This document shows, piece by piece, positions 1 to 13,220 of a stretch of DNA of 64,000 bases; within the stretch, counting starts at the first letter, position 1; each line of letters starts with the position of its first letter. The notes beneath the pieces were generated by a model. It was not told the origin of the DNA. It did no database searches and saw only the letters and a program-made list of their open reading frames with translations. This DNA comes from Macrostomum lignano (lineage: Eukaryota), in contig NIVC01000500.1 in assembly GCA_002269645.1 (NCBI GenBank), forward strand, positions 62,001-126,000, in the 5' to 3' direction. Both the position numbers and the translations under genes were made by a program.

Positions 1-60
1 TCGGCCTCAACCGGGGCGCAGATTGCTAGCCTTTCCATACTAAAACCTCATCATACTCAC

Positions 61-2625
61 TAATATCTCTCCAGTTGAGGAAGTTGGCAAACTCCTGATA
101 GTCGATTAGCCCATCGCCGTTGACGTCGCAGAAGTCGATAAGTTGTTCGAGCAGCGAGTCGTCCAGCGGAACGCTCATCTCTCGGCAGGCGGCGCGAATG
201 TCGTCAGCGCTCAACTTGCCGGAGCCGGACTTGTCATAGAATCGGAACGCGTCTTCAAGATCTTTGAAGCGCTCGTAGTTCATAGTTTTCAGTTGGGTGC
301 GCAGCGCGGCGACCAGAGCACGGCGCCGGTCCTCGCCGCGAAGGAAATGCTTGGGCGCCCGACCGTGCAACAGGTCGCCGACTCCGTAGGGATCGGGCTT
401 GTGCAGGACGCCGAAAGTGTGGTCCGGCGGCACCTTCATCGTGTCCTTGATGCTGCACATAGGGAAGTTAAGAGAAACGCAGGTAGAGTTCATTTTTGAC
501 GTACTTAGAGAACCATTTATTGTGGAATATTTTTGGGATAAATATATACACATTTATATGAATATATGCGATCAATGGAATACTGATTAATGATCAATGG
601 GATCAATAATCAGATCAATACGATCAATGGTATTTAAATACGAGCGTATATGCACATTTATATGAATATATGCGATCAATGGAATACTGATATATGACAT
701 GAATAGTACTTGGTCTTAATCTAAATTTGAAATCCATTTGAATATGAGATGAATTTATGAATATGGGATCAATCTATGAATATGGGCTCAATTTATGAAT
801 AGGGGATCAATTTATGAATATGGAACTCACGGATCCAGATTCTTGCCCAACTGAGGCTGAGTTCGCTCTCGAAAATCATCCAGCCGTTTGTCTACCAGAG
901 CCTCCCGCCTGGCCGCCGCTTCGTCCCCTATCCAGCTCATGCACTTGCGCGTGCCGCCCCCGGTGTTGTCGTGCGGCGTCGGCTTGCCCAGCGTTTGGCG
1001 CCGCCGGCGTCTTTTAGTCGCCAATTGTAGCCGCGGCTGGCCTGTTCTCCGGCCAGCAGGGCCTTGTGCGACACCAGGTAGGTGTTCGCGTCGCTGGCCG
1101 CCTCCGTGGCCAGTTCGATTGGCGTGGCAGACGGGTTGAGCAGCTCGCCAGCTGAACCGACTGGGCGCGTGGGTCGGTTTGGCGGGATTTTTTGATTTTG
1201 GGATATTTACTTTGGGATTCTGAGGATCTTATAGTAAGGGATTTTGAGGATTTATAGTATGGGATTTGAGGATTTATAGTATGGGATGTTGAGGATTTAT
1301 AGTATGGGATGTTGAGGATTTATAGTATGGGAGTTTGAGGATTTATAGTATGGGATTTTGAGGATCTTTAGTTTGGGATTTTGAGGATCTTTAGTTTGGA
1401 ATTTTCTCACCTTTACTTTCGGATTTTCGGGATCTGTACTTTGGGATTTTTGGGATCTTAGCTTTTGGAATTTGGGATTTTTGGCCCTATGACGTGGAAG
1501 TCTTAGTCCCAAGAGCGTTAATACACTTATACAGTTGACTCACTCTTTTCCACAGTGATGCCGAACGTGGTGTTGTCTTTGTCCAGATTCTGCGGCAGCA
1601 GGCCCATCTCTCGGCCGTCGGGGCACCGGCCGAGCGGTCGCTTCTTGGCGTTCACCTGAGCGGCTTCAAGGCGGTCCATGAATCGCTGCTGGTAGAAGGT
1701 TAGCGGCGTCGGGTTCAGGACACCGCCCGCGCCCTCGCTGCGGCGAGTTTTAGTTTGAAACAGAGTTTTAGTTGGGGTACGATAATCTTGTTTAATCAGG
1801 TGCGATAATAATGTCTAACTAGGTGCGATAATCCTGTTCAACTAGGTGCGATAATCATGTCTAACCAGGTGCGATAATCCTGTCTTGCGATAATCCTGTC
1901 TAACCAGGTGTGATAATCCCATCCAACCAGGAGCAATATTCCTATCTAATCAGGTGCGATAATCCAGTCTAATCAAGTGGATAATCCCGTCTAATCAGGT
2001 GGATAATCCTGTACAACCAGGTGTGATAGTCCTGTCTAACCAGGTGTGTTAACCCAAGTCACACCTAATCCGATGCAATAAGCGTATGGTAGAGAGGATA
2101 GAAAAAAAGCAACGTGTATTACGTTATCTCTCCGTGCTCAGCACTCAGCCACTCACCCTTTCGGATACTTGATTCCGTGAGTCATGCGCTCCGCCCAGCG
2201 CAGTTGCGGATCGCTGGCTTTGCCATAAAACACGATTCGTTCGCCGGGCTCCGAGCGAAAAGTTCGGTGAAACTTTTTTGTAGGTTCCGGCGACTCGGCC
2301 TGTGGATTTCGTTTAAAACAATATTTATGTACACAGACAGTTCTAGGCGAAATATACTACTAATTAGCTACTTACACGTTCCATTTCTTTGGTAGCGGTA
2401 GCTGCAGTGTCTCCTCCAACATCGCTGACTATTCCAGCCTAGAATCGTATTAAGTTTATTTGATATGATTGTGCTGTTTAGCTGAATATTATAATTTTTA
2501 TAATATGTGATATCAATGCTTACAGTTTTCAAATCGGGATTTCTGTCCTTATATTTGCCAGCATAGATGCCCCGAAGTGGAGGCAATATAGGCGGCGGGC
2601 GAATGCTGTCAAGGGTTGACGCCAT
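61..2625 (-). CDS. EFHB: EF-hand domain-containing family member B (ciliary/microtubule inner protein), 3'-truncated by the window edge; apparent 1-nt frameshift in exon 5
   Basis: Exons with GT-AG boundaries: 2625-2524, 2438-2376, 2299-2157, 1737-1544, 1160-831, 452-61. Translation MASTLDSIRP...KDRNPDLKT/AGIVSDVGG.../...ERIVFYGKASDP...THGIK/...GVLNPTPLTFYQQ...PLGRCPD...NTTFGITVEK/IGSAGELLNP...YLVSHKALLAGEQASRGYNW...LGKPTPHDN...QPQLGKNLDP/IKDTMKVPPDHTFG...AFRFYDKSGSG...CDVNGDGLIDYQEFANFLNW matches EFHB family motifs as recalled, with two EF-hands. Confidence 0.85.
600..812. repeat. ~19-bp degenerate minisatellite (GAATATGGGATCAATTTAT) in an EFHB intron
   Basis: Tandem copies visible at about 740-812, with more degenerate GATCAAT copies from 570. 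Confidence 0.7.
1195..1490. repeat. ~21-bp minisatellite (GAGGATTTATAGTATGGGATT-like) in an EFHB intron
   Basis: Direct tandem copies visible; the ORF 1297-1512 is an artefact of it. Confidence 0.85.
1795..2050. repeat. 23-bp minisatellite (AGGTGCGATAATCCTGTCTAACC) in an EFHB intron
   Basis: About 11 tandem degenerate copies. Confidence 0.85.
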
Positions 2626-4212
2626 CTGTGTGAAGGGGAAGCTGAAAAGTATGTTTTTTTAATGTTGATTTTGAGATATTCAATGAAAATAAACAAATCG
2701 TCTCTTAAATGTTCATTAAAATTAGATATACGAACTAATCAACTTAAAGTATTGGGTCAGGTTAATAGGTCGTAATTTGCCTTGATTTGATTATCTTGGC
2801 GAACTTCCAAATTTTACGTCCATTGCATTTCTCTTGGTTGTATTAAGTTCTTGATTACCCTGAATCATAGTATAAACTGCTAAATGTATAAAAATATTAG
2901 CATGTGTGTATTGTTTAATGGAAAGTTATAAAGTATTATTTGTAAGAATTTTAGATAAATGTTGCCAGAAATGGTATTCTACGGAGTTTTGTTATCATTG
3001 TTATATTATTATTTCATTTATTAAAAATAAATTGAAAAATCGCTACACTTTTGTCTTGACTCGCACTTAAAGGCTATGTGCTTCTTATACTTTTTTAAAA
3101 TAGCTACTCGTAACAACACATCTCAAAATATTACAATTAAAAAAGATTCTACGAAGATAGAAACATAGTGGCTTGATAATTTTAACATAGCATAGCATAG
3201 CATAAACAAGATGCAATGGTGTGCTGAAGCACAATCTATAAAGTCTTTTTACGCTTTTTTGTCTTTGACTAGGAGCTGTGGCCTATAGACCCGTGAGGAA
3301 TATTTTTAAAAGCTTGTATCGGTCTTGGATAAATCAGTAAATAGAATTGCAATTTAAATTATCTGTCGCTATAGCTATGCATCTTACAATAGTTGACATA
3401 AATTTGCAGTCTTAAAAACTATTAAATTAAAACTAAAAAACATATAAGTAAACATTTACAGTTACTTTCACGACCCAACTTACAAAAAAAGTTTAAACTT
3501 TGTTTTACCAATTGTAGGCATTTCTTTTAAATGATAGGAATAACACGATGTTTACATTTTCCTAGAAACGACTAGCAAAATAATGATTTTTTAACAGCCC
3601 AGTTTAAACTTTCATTAATTCTATTGGTTTTGCACCTTTAGACAGATACCGTCGACCGCTAATTATTCTTTTTAGATTCTAAATTTATTCTGCATATGCT
3701 TACACAGAAAAATAACCTAACGAAACCACAGGGTAGCTCATGGCCTCATGCCCTGCTTTTGGCCTGCTCCCTCCAAAATTGTGCCTTGTGCCAGCCAGTC
3801 AGTAAAATATTTTTTATGCATTTGCAAAATATACAAGCTAGGTTAGGTAAATTTGTACTTTTTGAAAACTCTTACAGTTTTATTATAGTTTCGTTTCATT
3901 TCACTTTAAAAGTATTTTATGAATAAAATGTCTTATCAATCTCAAGTTAGGCCTATTGACATTGTCAGTGCCATTGATGTGACTTTTATAGCAAATATTT
4001 AGTGCATTCTAGCAATAAAACTATTGAAATAAAACATTTGTATGTACAAAATCTCCTACTATATAAAAGTAATTCTATGTTTTTTATTTTTTAATTAAAT
4101 ATTAAAATATAGTCTAAGGCCATATGGCCATCATGTTCTAATCTAACTTAAAAATATTGTAAGGGTCCTTCTTCATTTGCCCTTCTTATTTTAGTTTGTG
4201 GTCCTACATGTC

Positions 4213-4384
4213 CATACATGCGCAACTTTGGGAATTACCCGGCCGTTTCTATTGACAACACACACATGTAAGTCGCTATTGGCTGAGAGCGGTCACGTGA
4301 CTACTATTCCGTCCAATAGCGACTTACATGTGTGTGTTGCCAATAGAAACGGCCGAGAGAATCCCAAGGTTGCGCCCAAGCATG
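4213..4384. mobile_element. 172-bp hairpin MITE, copy 1 (8-bp TSD, hAT-like)
   Basis: Long internal inverted repeats; TSD TACATGTC at 4205-4212 and 4385-4392; near-identical copies at 43031 and 60716. Confidence 0.9.
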
Positions 4385-4639
4385 TACATGTCATTTTATA
4401 AAGAATTTTAAGCTAGCCAAATTTAAATAGACAAAAAACTTATTACCTTTTTAATTCAGTTTAAATATAATAATAAAAGCTAAGGGCAAATCTTAGTTTC
4501 CTGGGTTAAATTATTTTAACCCAAAATTTGAAACAAGCAAACAAAAGCAAGTTTATTAAAGATTTAAAACAAGTCTTAGGTCTTAAAGGAGTATTACATA
4601 ATGCTGCTGGACTGGGTACTTTGGTTGGACCTTATTCCT

Positions 4640-5420
4640 TTTGGCTAATAACGGCTGCCTGCTATGCAGATATATCGGTCGCCACCACGGCAAATAGCAT
4701 CTAAGCATGCTTGGCTACACTAATGACCTTGCCCTCCTGTTCTCATCCATTGAAGGTGCCCAGCGCCAGATTGATGGGCTGGTTGAGGTGGCATTGAGCA
4801 TCAGTCTGATCATCAAAATGCTGAAGACCGAGGTGCTGATTGTGCTGGCCGACATCCCAGTGGACCTGACGTGTTGCGGTGCAGATAGGCAAACGACCAG
4901 GCTTGCACGCTGCCAGTGGTTCACCTACCTTGGCAGTCTAGTGCCCATGTGGAAGAAGATCTTTGGCGGCGCAGAGGACTTGCCTGGGCAGCCATTTGTT
5001 TGATCCAATCCATCCTCCAGTCTGAAGTGCTGCCCAACTGCCAGAGGGCTTGGCTGTGGCAGGCAGTAGTCAAATCCATCTTGCTCTATAACACTGAGAC
5101 GTGGACACTGACAGCTATGCTAGAGTAGCAGCTGGACTCGGCGCACTCAGGGCTGCTCTATGTGGCATGTGGCCTTTTGAGCTGACTAGAGTGTCGGGAC
5201 CAAGGCCCTGTATGATTGGGCCAAGCTGCAGCGTCCGTCTATCATCCTGCACCAGTGGCAACTTCAACTGGCAGGTCACATGATCTGGGCCGAGGGCTAC
5301 TGCCCCCAACCTGTTCAGGACGTCCTGCTACTCACTTAGCAGGGTCAGGCCCAAACCCGCCAATATGTAGACTGCCTGCTGTGCAACGCTGGGGGGCCCA
5401 ACACTGCCAACAGAGCAGAC
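4640..5420 (+). mobile_element. Degenerate non-LTR retrotransposon (LINE, RTE-like) reverse transcriptase C-terminal fragment
   Basis: Frameshifted pieces LGYTNDLALL (decayed YADD), KTEV, FTYLGSLVP, RRRGLAWAA, VKSILLYNTETWTLT, LQLAGHM across ORFs 4707-5003 and 4916-5128 and beyond. Confidence 0.8.
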
Positions 5421-6780
5421 TTTATTTGCTCCCAGGCTCTGCGGCGTGCTATCTGACATGCACTGCTTTAACTGTGACTGTGCATGCGAGGTTGCGTATT
5501 TTGTTATTGTTGTTCTTGTATAGTATAGTAATGTGTCAGCCAATATAGAAAGTTGCCAAAGCTCTTTTTGGGTAGAGTTGGCATCAGAGAAACTTGCTGA
5601 GGTGGGAGTCAAAAGGCTATTAGATGATAGGTTGCCAGCCAACGCACAGTCGACTCAGCATCAATTGTTAATAGCACCAGATCGCAGTGACTAATCTAAA
5701 GGTCACAGAGGTTGGTTGATGGCCACAAATTGGTAGGAAGTACAATATTTACAGGCATTCAAGGTTGTCCAGCCATGATTTATGAGTATTCTGAAGATAA
5801 TGAAAATTGGGTCAAAAAAATTAATGCAGGAAACTAGGACTAGCTAGGTATTATATATTAGCTTTTTTCAAAAAAATCTAATTATAAAAATTTAAGAAAG
5901 ATAAATACAAAACAAATTATTTATACTTTAGATATCTTTTGGTAAGTATTTATATTTTTATTTTCCATAACTATAACTATTTTCTAAAATGAAATTCTAG
6001 ACAATTTAATAAAATATATATTTTTTAAAATAAAGTAAGATATCTAATAAAGTGCTAGGCCTATCCTATTTTTAAGAATAATCAGAAATAAATAGCTTTG
6101 TATTTTTAATTTTATCCAATATTATTTTTTAAATCTTCAATAGACTCTGACTTATTTAATATACTTTGTAAAAGAAAAATATCAATTTTCTTTTGAATGG
6201 TTACAAAAGGTCTTATAGTTTCAAATAAATATTTTACAAATAATGTCTAATCTAGCAAAAAATTTAAAAGTTAGCATAATGTGGCATGCTTTATATAAAA
6301 AAGAAAAAGAGTTATATGTTTATATGTTTCTTAAGTTTCTATGTTTTTATGTTTCTTAAGAAAAAAGTGTTTTTGGCTTAGCAGAGCTTATAATTTTTAT
6401 ATGCTTCATATAACAAAAGTTAGCATAATTCAATATTTTACAAAATCAAAGCTATGCAATATTAAATATTGCCCACATTAAAAGTTTCAATACATTTTTA
6501 CATAATTCATCATTATTCATAAAACCTATAAATCACAATTAATTCAAATCAAGTATAATTTTTAAATGCTATAAAATTTTGGAAGCTTATTGATTATTAA
6601 AAGAACTAAATTCTTTATAAATAGTTAGGTAATGATTTAATTCAATTCATCTTTTGGTTATTTGTATTTTATCTTTTTAACTTCTAAAGCCTTATTTCCA
6701 TGCATGCTTACAGAGTATCTTCTGAAAAAGTAAGTATACACATAAAGAAAAATCAGCATCAATATTTAACTCTAGTTGTC

Positions 6781-8971
6781 ATGGACTACTGGCTAATCTC
6801 CCTGCCTGGCGAGAAAACTCCCCAGCAAGCATTTGATAAGCTGAATGCCATCACTAGTACATTGTCGGTGAACTGGAAGTTCAACACGCCAGAACTGAAG
6901 GTTGGCACCTTGGACGTGCTGGTTGGCCTGTCGGATGAACTGGCTAAACACGACACATTCTGCGAGGCCACAACTAGACGGGTTGTCAGTGTTCTAAGCG
7001 ATGTTCTCGAAGGTGGTCAAACTAAGCTGCAGGAGAGCTTGAAGGTTAATGGACTAGATCTCGAGTCCTACCTGACCAGGTTCACCTGGGAGACTGGCAA
7101 GTACCCGCCGAAGCAGCCGCTGCCCAGCCTAACAGAGATCATTGTTGGGCAGGTGGCTAAAATCGAAGCAGATTTGAAGACTCGTGCGAAAAACTATTTG
7201 GACTTGAAGAACAATTTGAGCCAATTGGATCGCAAAGAGACAGGCAGTTTGATGACTAAGAATCTGGGAGCTTTGGTTAAGCGCGAGCATTTTGTGCTGG
7301 ATAGCGACTACTTGATCACCTTGTTGGTTGTGGTGCCGCAGGCCTCCGCCAACGATTGGTGGCTGAAGTACGAGCGGCTGGCCGACTTTGTTGTGCCGAG
7401 GAGCTCTCAGCTGGTTACTCAGGTAGCTAAATAAGCTAACTGACTAGCTAACTAACTAACTAACTAAGTAACTAAGTAACCAAGTAACTAACTAAGTAAC
7501 TAACTAACTAACTAACTAACTGACTATCTAACTAACTAACTAACTAACTAACTAGCTAACTAACTAACTAACTAACTAGCTAGCTAACTAACTAACTAAA
7601 CTAAGTAATCACACCCGCCCTACCCGCAGGACTCAGACCACATGCTGGTGACGGTGACCCTGTTCCGCCGTTGCCAAGATGACTTCAAGCACAAGTGCCG
7701 AGAGAACAAATTTATGGTTCGCGATTTTGTCTACGACGAGAAGAGCTTGCAGGATTCGAAAAACGAGCGAGCCCGACTGGCTGACGACAAGCAGCGCCAG
7801 TACGCGCCGCTGGTTCGCTGGCTAAGCGTCAACTTCTCCGAGTCGTTCATTGCCTGGGTTCACATCAAAGCTTTGCGAGTTTTTGTTGAGTCCGTGCTGC
7901 GATATGGCCTGCCCGTTAATTTCCAGGTGAGATTGATGCTCAGGAGCTCAAATCTCACTTTAATCCCGATCCTGAAATCCCAATTGAGTCCCGATCCTCA
8001 AATCCCACGTGAATCCCAACCCTTGAATCCCACTTGAGTCCCGGACCCTTAAATCCCACTTGAGTCCCAACCTTTAAATTCTATTTGAGTCCCGATCCTT
8101 AAAATCCCATTTGAGTCCTAACCCTTAAATCCCACTTAAATCCCGATCCCTAAATCCCACTTGACTCCCGATTCTTAAATCCCACTTGAGTCCCGCTCCT
8201 TAAATCCCACTTGAGTCCCGATTCTTAAATCCCACTTAAGTCCCGATCTTGAAATCCCACTTGAGTCCCGATCCTCAAATCCCACGTGAATCCCAACCCT
8301 TAAATCCCACTTGATTCCCACCGATCCTCGAATCCCACTTAAGTCCCGGACCCTTAAATCCCACTTGAGTCCCGGACCCTTAAATCCCACTTGAGTCCCG
8401 GACCCTTAAATCCCACTTGAGTCCCAACCTTTAAATTCCATTTGAGTCCCGATCCTTAAAATCCCATTTGAGTCCTAACCCTTAAATCCCACTTAAATCC
8501 CGATCCCTAAATCCCACTTGAGTCCCGATTCTTAAATCCCACTTGAGTCCCGCTCCTTAAATCCCACTTGAGTCCCGATTCTTAAATCCCACTTAAGTCC
8601 CGCTCCTTAAATCCCACTTGAGTCCCGATCCTCAAATCCCACTTGATTTTCGATCCTTAAATCCCACTTGAGTCTTAATCCTCAAATTCCCACTCTGACC
8701 TGAAACTTAAATTCCATTCCCAAATCCAAAAAATTCCAAATCCCTTCCTCAGCCCGTGCTGATGCGGCCGAACCGCAAGACGGCCAAGAAGCTCCGCGAC
8801 ACCCTGGCCAGCACCTATCGCTACCTGGACCACATGGGCGGCACCCCGGTTGAAATGGGCGGCGCGGAGATGACCGGCCTCATGCCCACCCAGCAGGCCT
8901 ATCATCCCTACGTGTTCTACGAGATCAGCATCAACATGATGGACTCGACTGGCAAGAAGAACACTTTCTAG
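6781..8971 (+). CDS. ATP6V1C: V-type proton ATPase V1 subunit C (~385 aa)
   Basis: Exons 6781-7422, 7630-7926, 8753-8971 (GT-AG, phase 0). [13 protein letters not shown]...[23 protein letters not shown]...[16 protein letters not shown]...[23 protein letters not shown]...[34 protein letters not shown]...YHPYVFYEI are diagnostic of this subunit. Confidence 0.95.
7430..7610. repeat. (TAAC)n microsatellite in V-ATPase C intron 1
   Basis: Directly visible. Confidence 0.95.
7945..8690. repeat. ~21-22-bp minisatellite (TTAAATCCCACTTGAGTCCCGATCC-like) filling V-ATPase C intron 2
   Basis: More than 30 tandem copies. Confidence 0.9.
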
Positions 8972-9354
8972 ATTTGCCCCGATAGCAGCAGAGGGTTACA
9001 TTATTTCTTATTTAACTACTACATTCACTCCCTGTTTAGATTGCTAAATAAGGATACATTTAAAAAATAACTGTATATTTTCAGTTAGTGAGAGTATAAA
9101 TTATTAAAAATTATTTAGGGTAGAATAGTATTAGTTATGCAACGTTGAATATTTGCACACCTATTGGTATAATATGTTATTATTAATACTAATATGAGTA
9201 GTGTACAATGCGAAACTGCGGCTATTTTGTTGTGAATGTTTTATTTGAGAAAGTCATTGCTCGATTCTTTTGAAGTTCTTCTTTTATATAACATTGAGAT
9301 TTAATTTGCTAACAAATGCAGGTTGAGGTCCATTGGTCCTAACCTTAATCGTGG

Positions 9355-9625
9355 CGCCCCAATGTACACTCGCCCCTTGACCAGCCCCCAATGTACACTC
9401 GCCCCTGGCCAGCCCCCAATGTACACTCGCCCCTGGCCAGCCCCAATGTACACTCGCCCCTGGCCAGCCCCCCATGTACACTCGCCCCTTGACCAGCCCC
9501 CAATGTACACTCGCCCCTGGCCAGCCCCCAATGTACACTCGCCCCTGGCCAGCCCCCAATGTACACTCGCCCCTGGTCAGCCCCCAATGTACACCCGCCC
9601 CTGACCAGCCCCCAATGTACACCCC
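9355..9625. repeat. 28-29-bp C-rich minisatellite (CCCCCAATGTACACTCGCCCCTGGCCAG)
   Basis: About 9 tandem copies. Confidence 0.9.
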
Positions 9626-10609
9626 TCACCAATCGTATTGTTCACTCCGCTTCATAGGCAGGTCTCACAATTCATTACAAGCTGGTGATTAATTCAGAAC
9701 AACCTGTCCAGAACTCAATGGAATAATTTGCTTTTATAATGCTGTCACTATGTTAATTTAGCAGTTATATCCAGGAAAGCAAACTCCCAATATCTTTTGA
9801 AATTATATTAATTCTCTTTACGCACCGTTTGTTTACATTTACTGTTAGTAGTCTGTCAGACAAGTATAAAAACGTTTTCCTACTTAAATATGGACAATAT
9901 TTTAGTGTTAGTATTTGTCGCTTATAAAAAAACTTATTTTTCCTGGTTATTACTTTTTAGCGTTATTACTAGTAGTAGTAACAGTTGTAAGGCAGTGACT
10001 CAAAATGTTTCAATGATGCTTTCGTTGTCCTATTACTGGCTAACTAGTTTTTTGTCTCTTGTCCTAGAAGCAGCGATTTGCAGTCCCACCCGTGAGCCTC
10101 CCACCTCCCGATCTGTTGCATAATAATACACACTACGGCACACACAATACTGCAGTAATTCCAAAATTACAAACGCCTGGACTCATCGATCCAAGCTGCA
10201 ACCTTCATCTGTCATTGTTGCTCTGTTTTCAATCCATCTCTGACCGCCATCCACTTAATCCTCGCGTCCGACTCTGTAATTGTTCCTGTTTAACCTTTTT
10301 CGCGGTTGATTGCAGTATAGTGAAGTCATTTTTCCTCCGTGTTAATTTATTGATTAATGGATTGATCAGATAATGGACTCGTGATTTATCAGTTGATGCG
10401 CATCCTTTAGTTAAGCCCTAAGCATTGAGTTATACTAAATACATAGATGATTATATAGACTTCAATATGGACAAGAAGTACATTACTTATATAATTGACA
10501 TGCCATGTCTTAGTAAATTCTATGCATATATATTGCCGAAAAGCTAAATTCTACTCGCTTGCTTGTTGCATTTCACTTGCTGTTTTTTGTTACGTAAAAG
10601 TTCCACACT

Positions 10610-11245
10610 ACCAGACTCCACGCTCCAGACCGCCCGAACCCCAACATGTACACACTCCAGACCGCCCCAACCCCAATGTACACACTCCAGACCGCCCCAA
10701 CCCCAATGTACACACTCCAGACTGCCCCAATCCCAATGTACACAGTCCAAACCACCCCAGTCCCAATGCACACACCCAGACCGCCCAAACCCCAATTTAC
10801 ACAGTGCAAACCACCCAGTCCCAATGCACACATCCAGACCACCTTATAACCCTAATGTTGTTGTCTCCAGACCACCCCAGTCCCAATGTACACACACCCA
10901 GACCACACCAACCCCAATGTACACACTCCAGACCGCCCCAACCTCAGTGTACACACTCAAGACCACCCCCACCCCAATGTAAACAGTCCAAACCACCCCA
11001 GTCCCAACTCCCAATGTACACACACCAGACCACCCCAACCCTAACCCCAATGTACACACTCCAGACCACCCCAACCCCAATGTACACACTCCAGACCACC
11101 CCAACCCCAACGTACGCACTTCAGACCACCTCAACCCCGATGTACATACTCCAGACCACCTCAACCCAAATGTACACACTCCAGTCCACCAACTCCAACG
11201 TACACACTCCAGACTTCCCAACCCCAATCTACACACTCCAGTCCA
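10610..11245. repeat. 30-bp C-rich minisatellite (ACCCCAATGTACACACTCCAGACCACCCCA)
   Basis: About 20 degenerate copies. Confidence 0.9.
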
Positions 11246-11814
11246 CCCAACTCGAAAGGAATTTAAAACATTACACTGCTTAATTGTTAAAGAAAAAAAC
11301 GGACAACTACAATATATATATGCAGGTCATATTTCAATCAACATATATTGATCATTAGAAAAATACAGCAAAAACACGAATGCTTGGCGCGCAAAGCAGT
11401 AACTAAAGCAGGTCATTCGCTTACTAATAAGCTAATTATTCCTATTGTCGATCTTCAATAAGCTCAGCTGTCAAGTAGGCAAAAGCAACAGCAGTAGCAA
11501 TTAGCTGAAATAAGACTTCAAGAAACACAATAACAAATTGTAATTGTCATGAATATAATACATTTAAATTTCAAACAAAATAGTGCTACCTAATTTATCT
11601 CTAATTGTAAGCGGGTTATATGCTAATAAATCATCTCGCTCAACGCCAATCGATTATAGATATGATAATAATTGCTGCATAATGCTTAAAAATGTAGACT
11701 ATCACACAGCAGGTAACGAGACGTAAACTAATCAGCAGCGAAATTAAGGACTATAAAGTGCGCGAACGTTTCGCATTTTTGAAAACAAAAATAGTCGATT
11801 TTTGATGGCGAATT

Positions 11815-12710
11815 AGGGTGGGGCAGGCTGGGGAGGGGTGTATACACTTTGGGGTGGGGCAGGCTGCGGAGGTTGTGTACACTGTGGAGTGGGGTGGGGA
11901 GGGTGAATGTACACTGTGGAGTGGGGTGGTGCAGGCTGCGGAGGTTGTGTACACTGTGGAGTGGGGTGGGGAGGGTGAATGTACACTGTGGAGTGGGGTG
12001 GTGCAGGCTGCGGAGGTTGTGTACACTGTGGAGTGGGGTGGTGCAGGCTGCGGAGGTTGTGTACACTGTGGAGTGGGGTGGTGCAGGCTGCGGAGGTTGT
12101 GTACACTGTGGAGTGGGGTGGGGCAGGCCGCGGAGGTTGTGTACACTGTGGAGTGGGGTGGGGAGGGTGAGTGTACACTGTGGAGTGGGGTGGGGCGGGC
12201 TGCGGAGGTTGTGTACACTGTGGAGTGGGGTGGGAGGAGTGTGTTTTTACGCTGTGGAGTTGGGTGAGGAGGGTGAGTGTACACCGTGGAGTGGGGTGGG
12301 GCCGGCTGCGGAGGGTGTGTACACTATGGAGTGGGGTGGATGTGTTCAATGGAGAGGGATGTTTTGAGTGGGTTGGAGGAGTTGTGTACACTGTGGAGTG
12401 GGGTGGTGCAGGCTGCGGAGGTTGTGTACACTGTGGAGTGGGGTGGGGCAGGCCGCGGAGGTTGTGTACACTGTGGAGTGGGGTGGGGAGGGTGAGTGTA
12501 CACTGTGGAGTGGGGTGGGGCGGGCTGCGGAGGTTGTGTACACTGTGGAGTGGGGTGGGAGGAGTGTGTTTTTACGCTGTGGAGTTGGGTGAGGAGGGTG
12601 AGTGTACACCGTGGAGTGGGGTGGGGCCGGCTGCGGAGGGTGTGTACACTATGGAGTGGGGTGGATGTGTTCAATGGAGAGGGATGTTTTGAGTGGGTTG
12701 GAGGAGTGTT
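11815..12710. repeat. 40/32-bp G-rich minisatellite (GTGTACACTGTGGAGTGGGGTGG core) with a ~325-bp higher-order duplication
   Basis: Tandem copies; ORFs 11849-12367 and 12171-12692 end in identical translations offset by 325 bp. Confidence 0.9.
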
Positions 12711-13220
12711 TATTATTTTAACAATATAAGAAAATTGAGAAAACAAGCAAAGATTATCAACAGAAAAAGCAAGATGTAGGTACGAGTATAAAAGAAGAAA
12801 TTTTTTGTGTCTGCCTGACAAGTAAACTAGTTGAATGACGTCTCCTCTGACTACTGATGGTAATACTTATGCTGAAAAAATCAACAATTTATGCTCAGCA
12901 GGTGAAAATGCATTGCGTTCGCTATAAATCCCGCTAATATGCCAATAAAAAGCGCATCTGATACTTGCACAAGTAGTGATTTGGACAAACAAACAAAATC
13001 ATAATTACTAAATTAATCGAACAATTAAGGCGAAAGCGACTCGATAATAAAATAGAATTTTGCGATAAACCGAATGGGTATTGATATTAAATACTGATTC
13101 AAAAAAAACTTATTGCAAGGTCGAAAAACATATTACAACCATTGGACTGAAAATAAATAATCGACTATGTAAACATTTGCTAATAACCGAAACTATTTTT
13201 GTTGCACTATTATGTGGGAT

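Noticed and set aside
143-499. Plus-strand 118-aa ORF (also 43666-43980, 49265-49498, 52827-53312)
   Set aside because: Antisense shadows of GC-rich exons on the opposite strand.
6700-6780. N-terminal extension of V-ATPase C from the ORF-track start at 6700
   Set aside because: AT-rich and intron-like with an AG just before ATG 6781; family homology starts at MDYWLIS.
9890-10373. Possible extra gene between V-ATPase C and brn
   Set aside because: Short ORFs with no recognisable domain or consistent splice structure.
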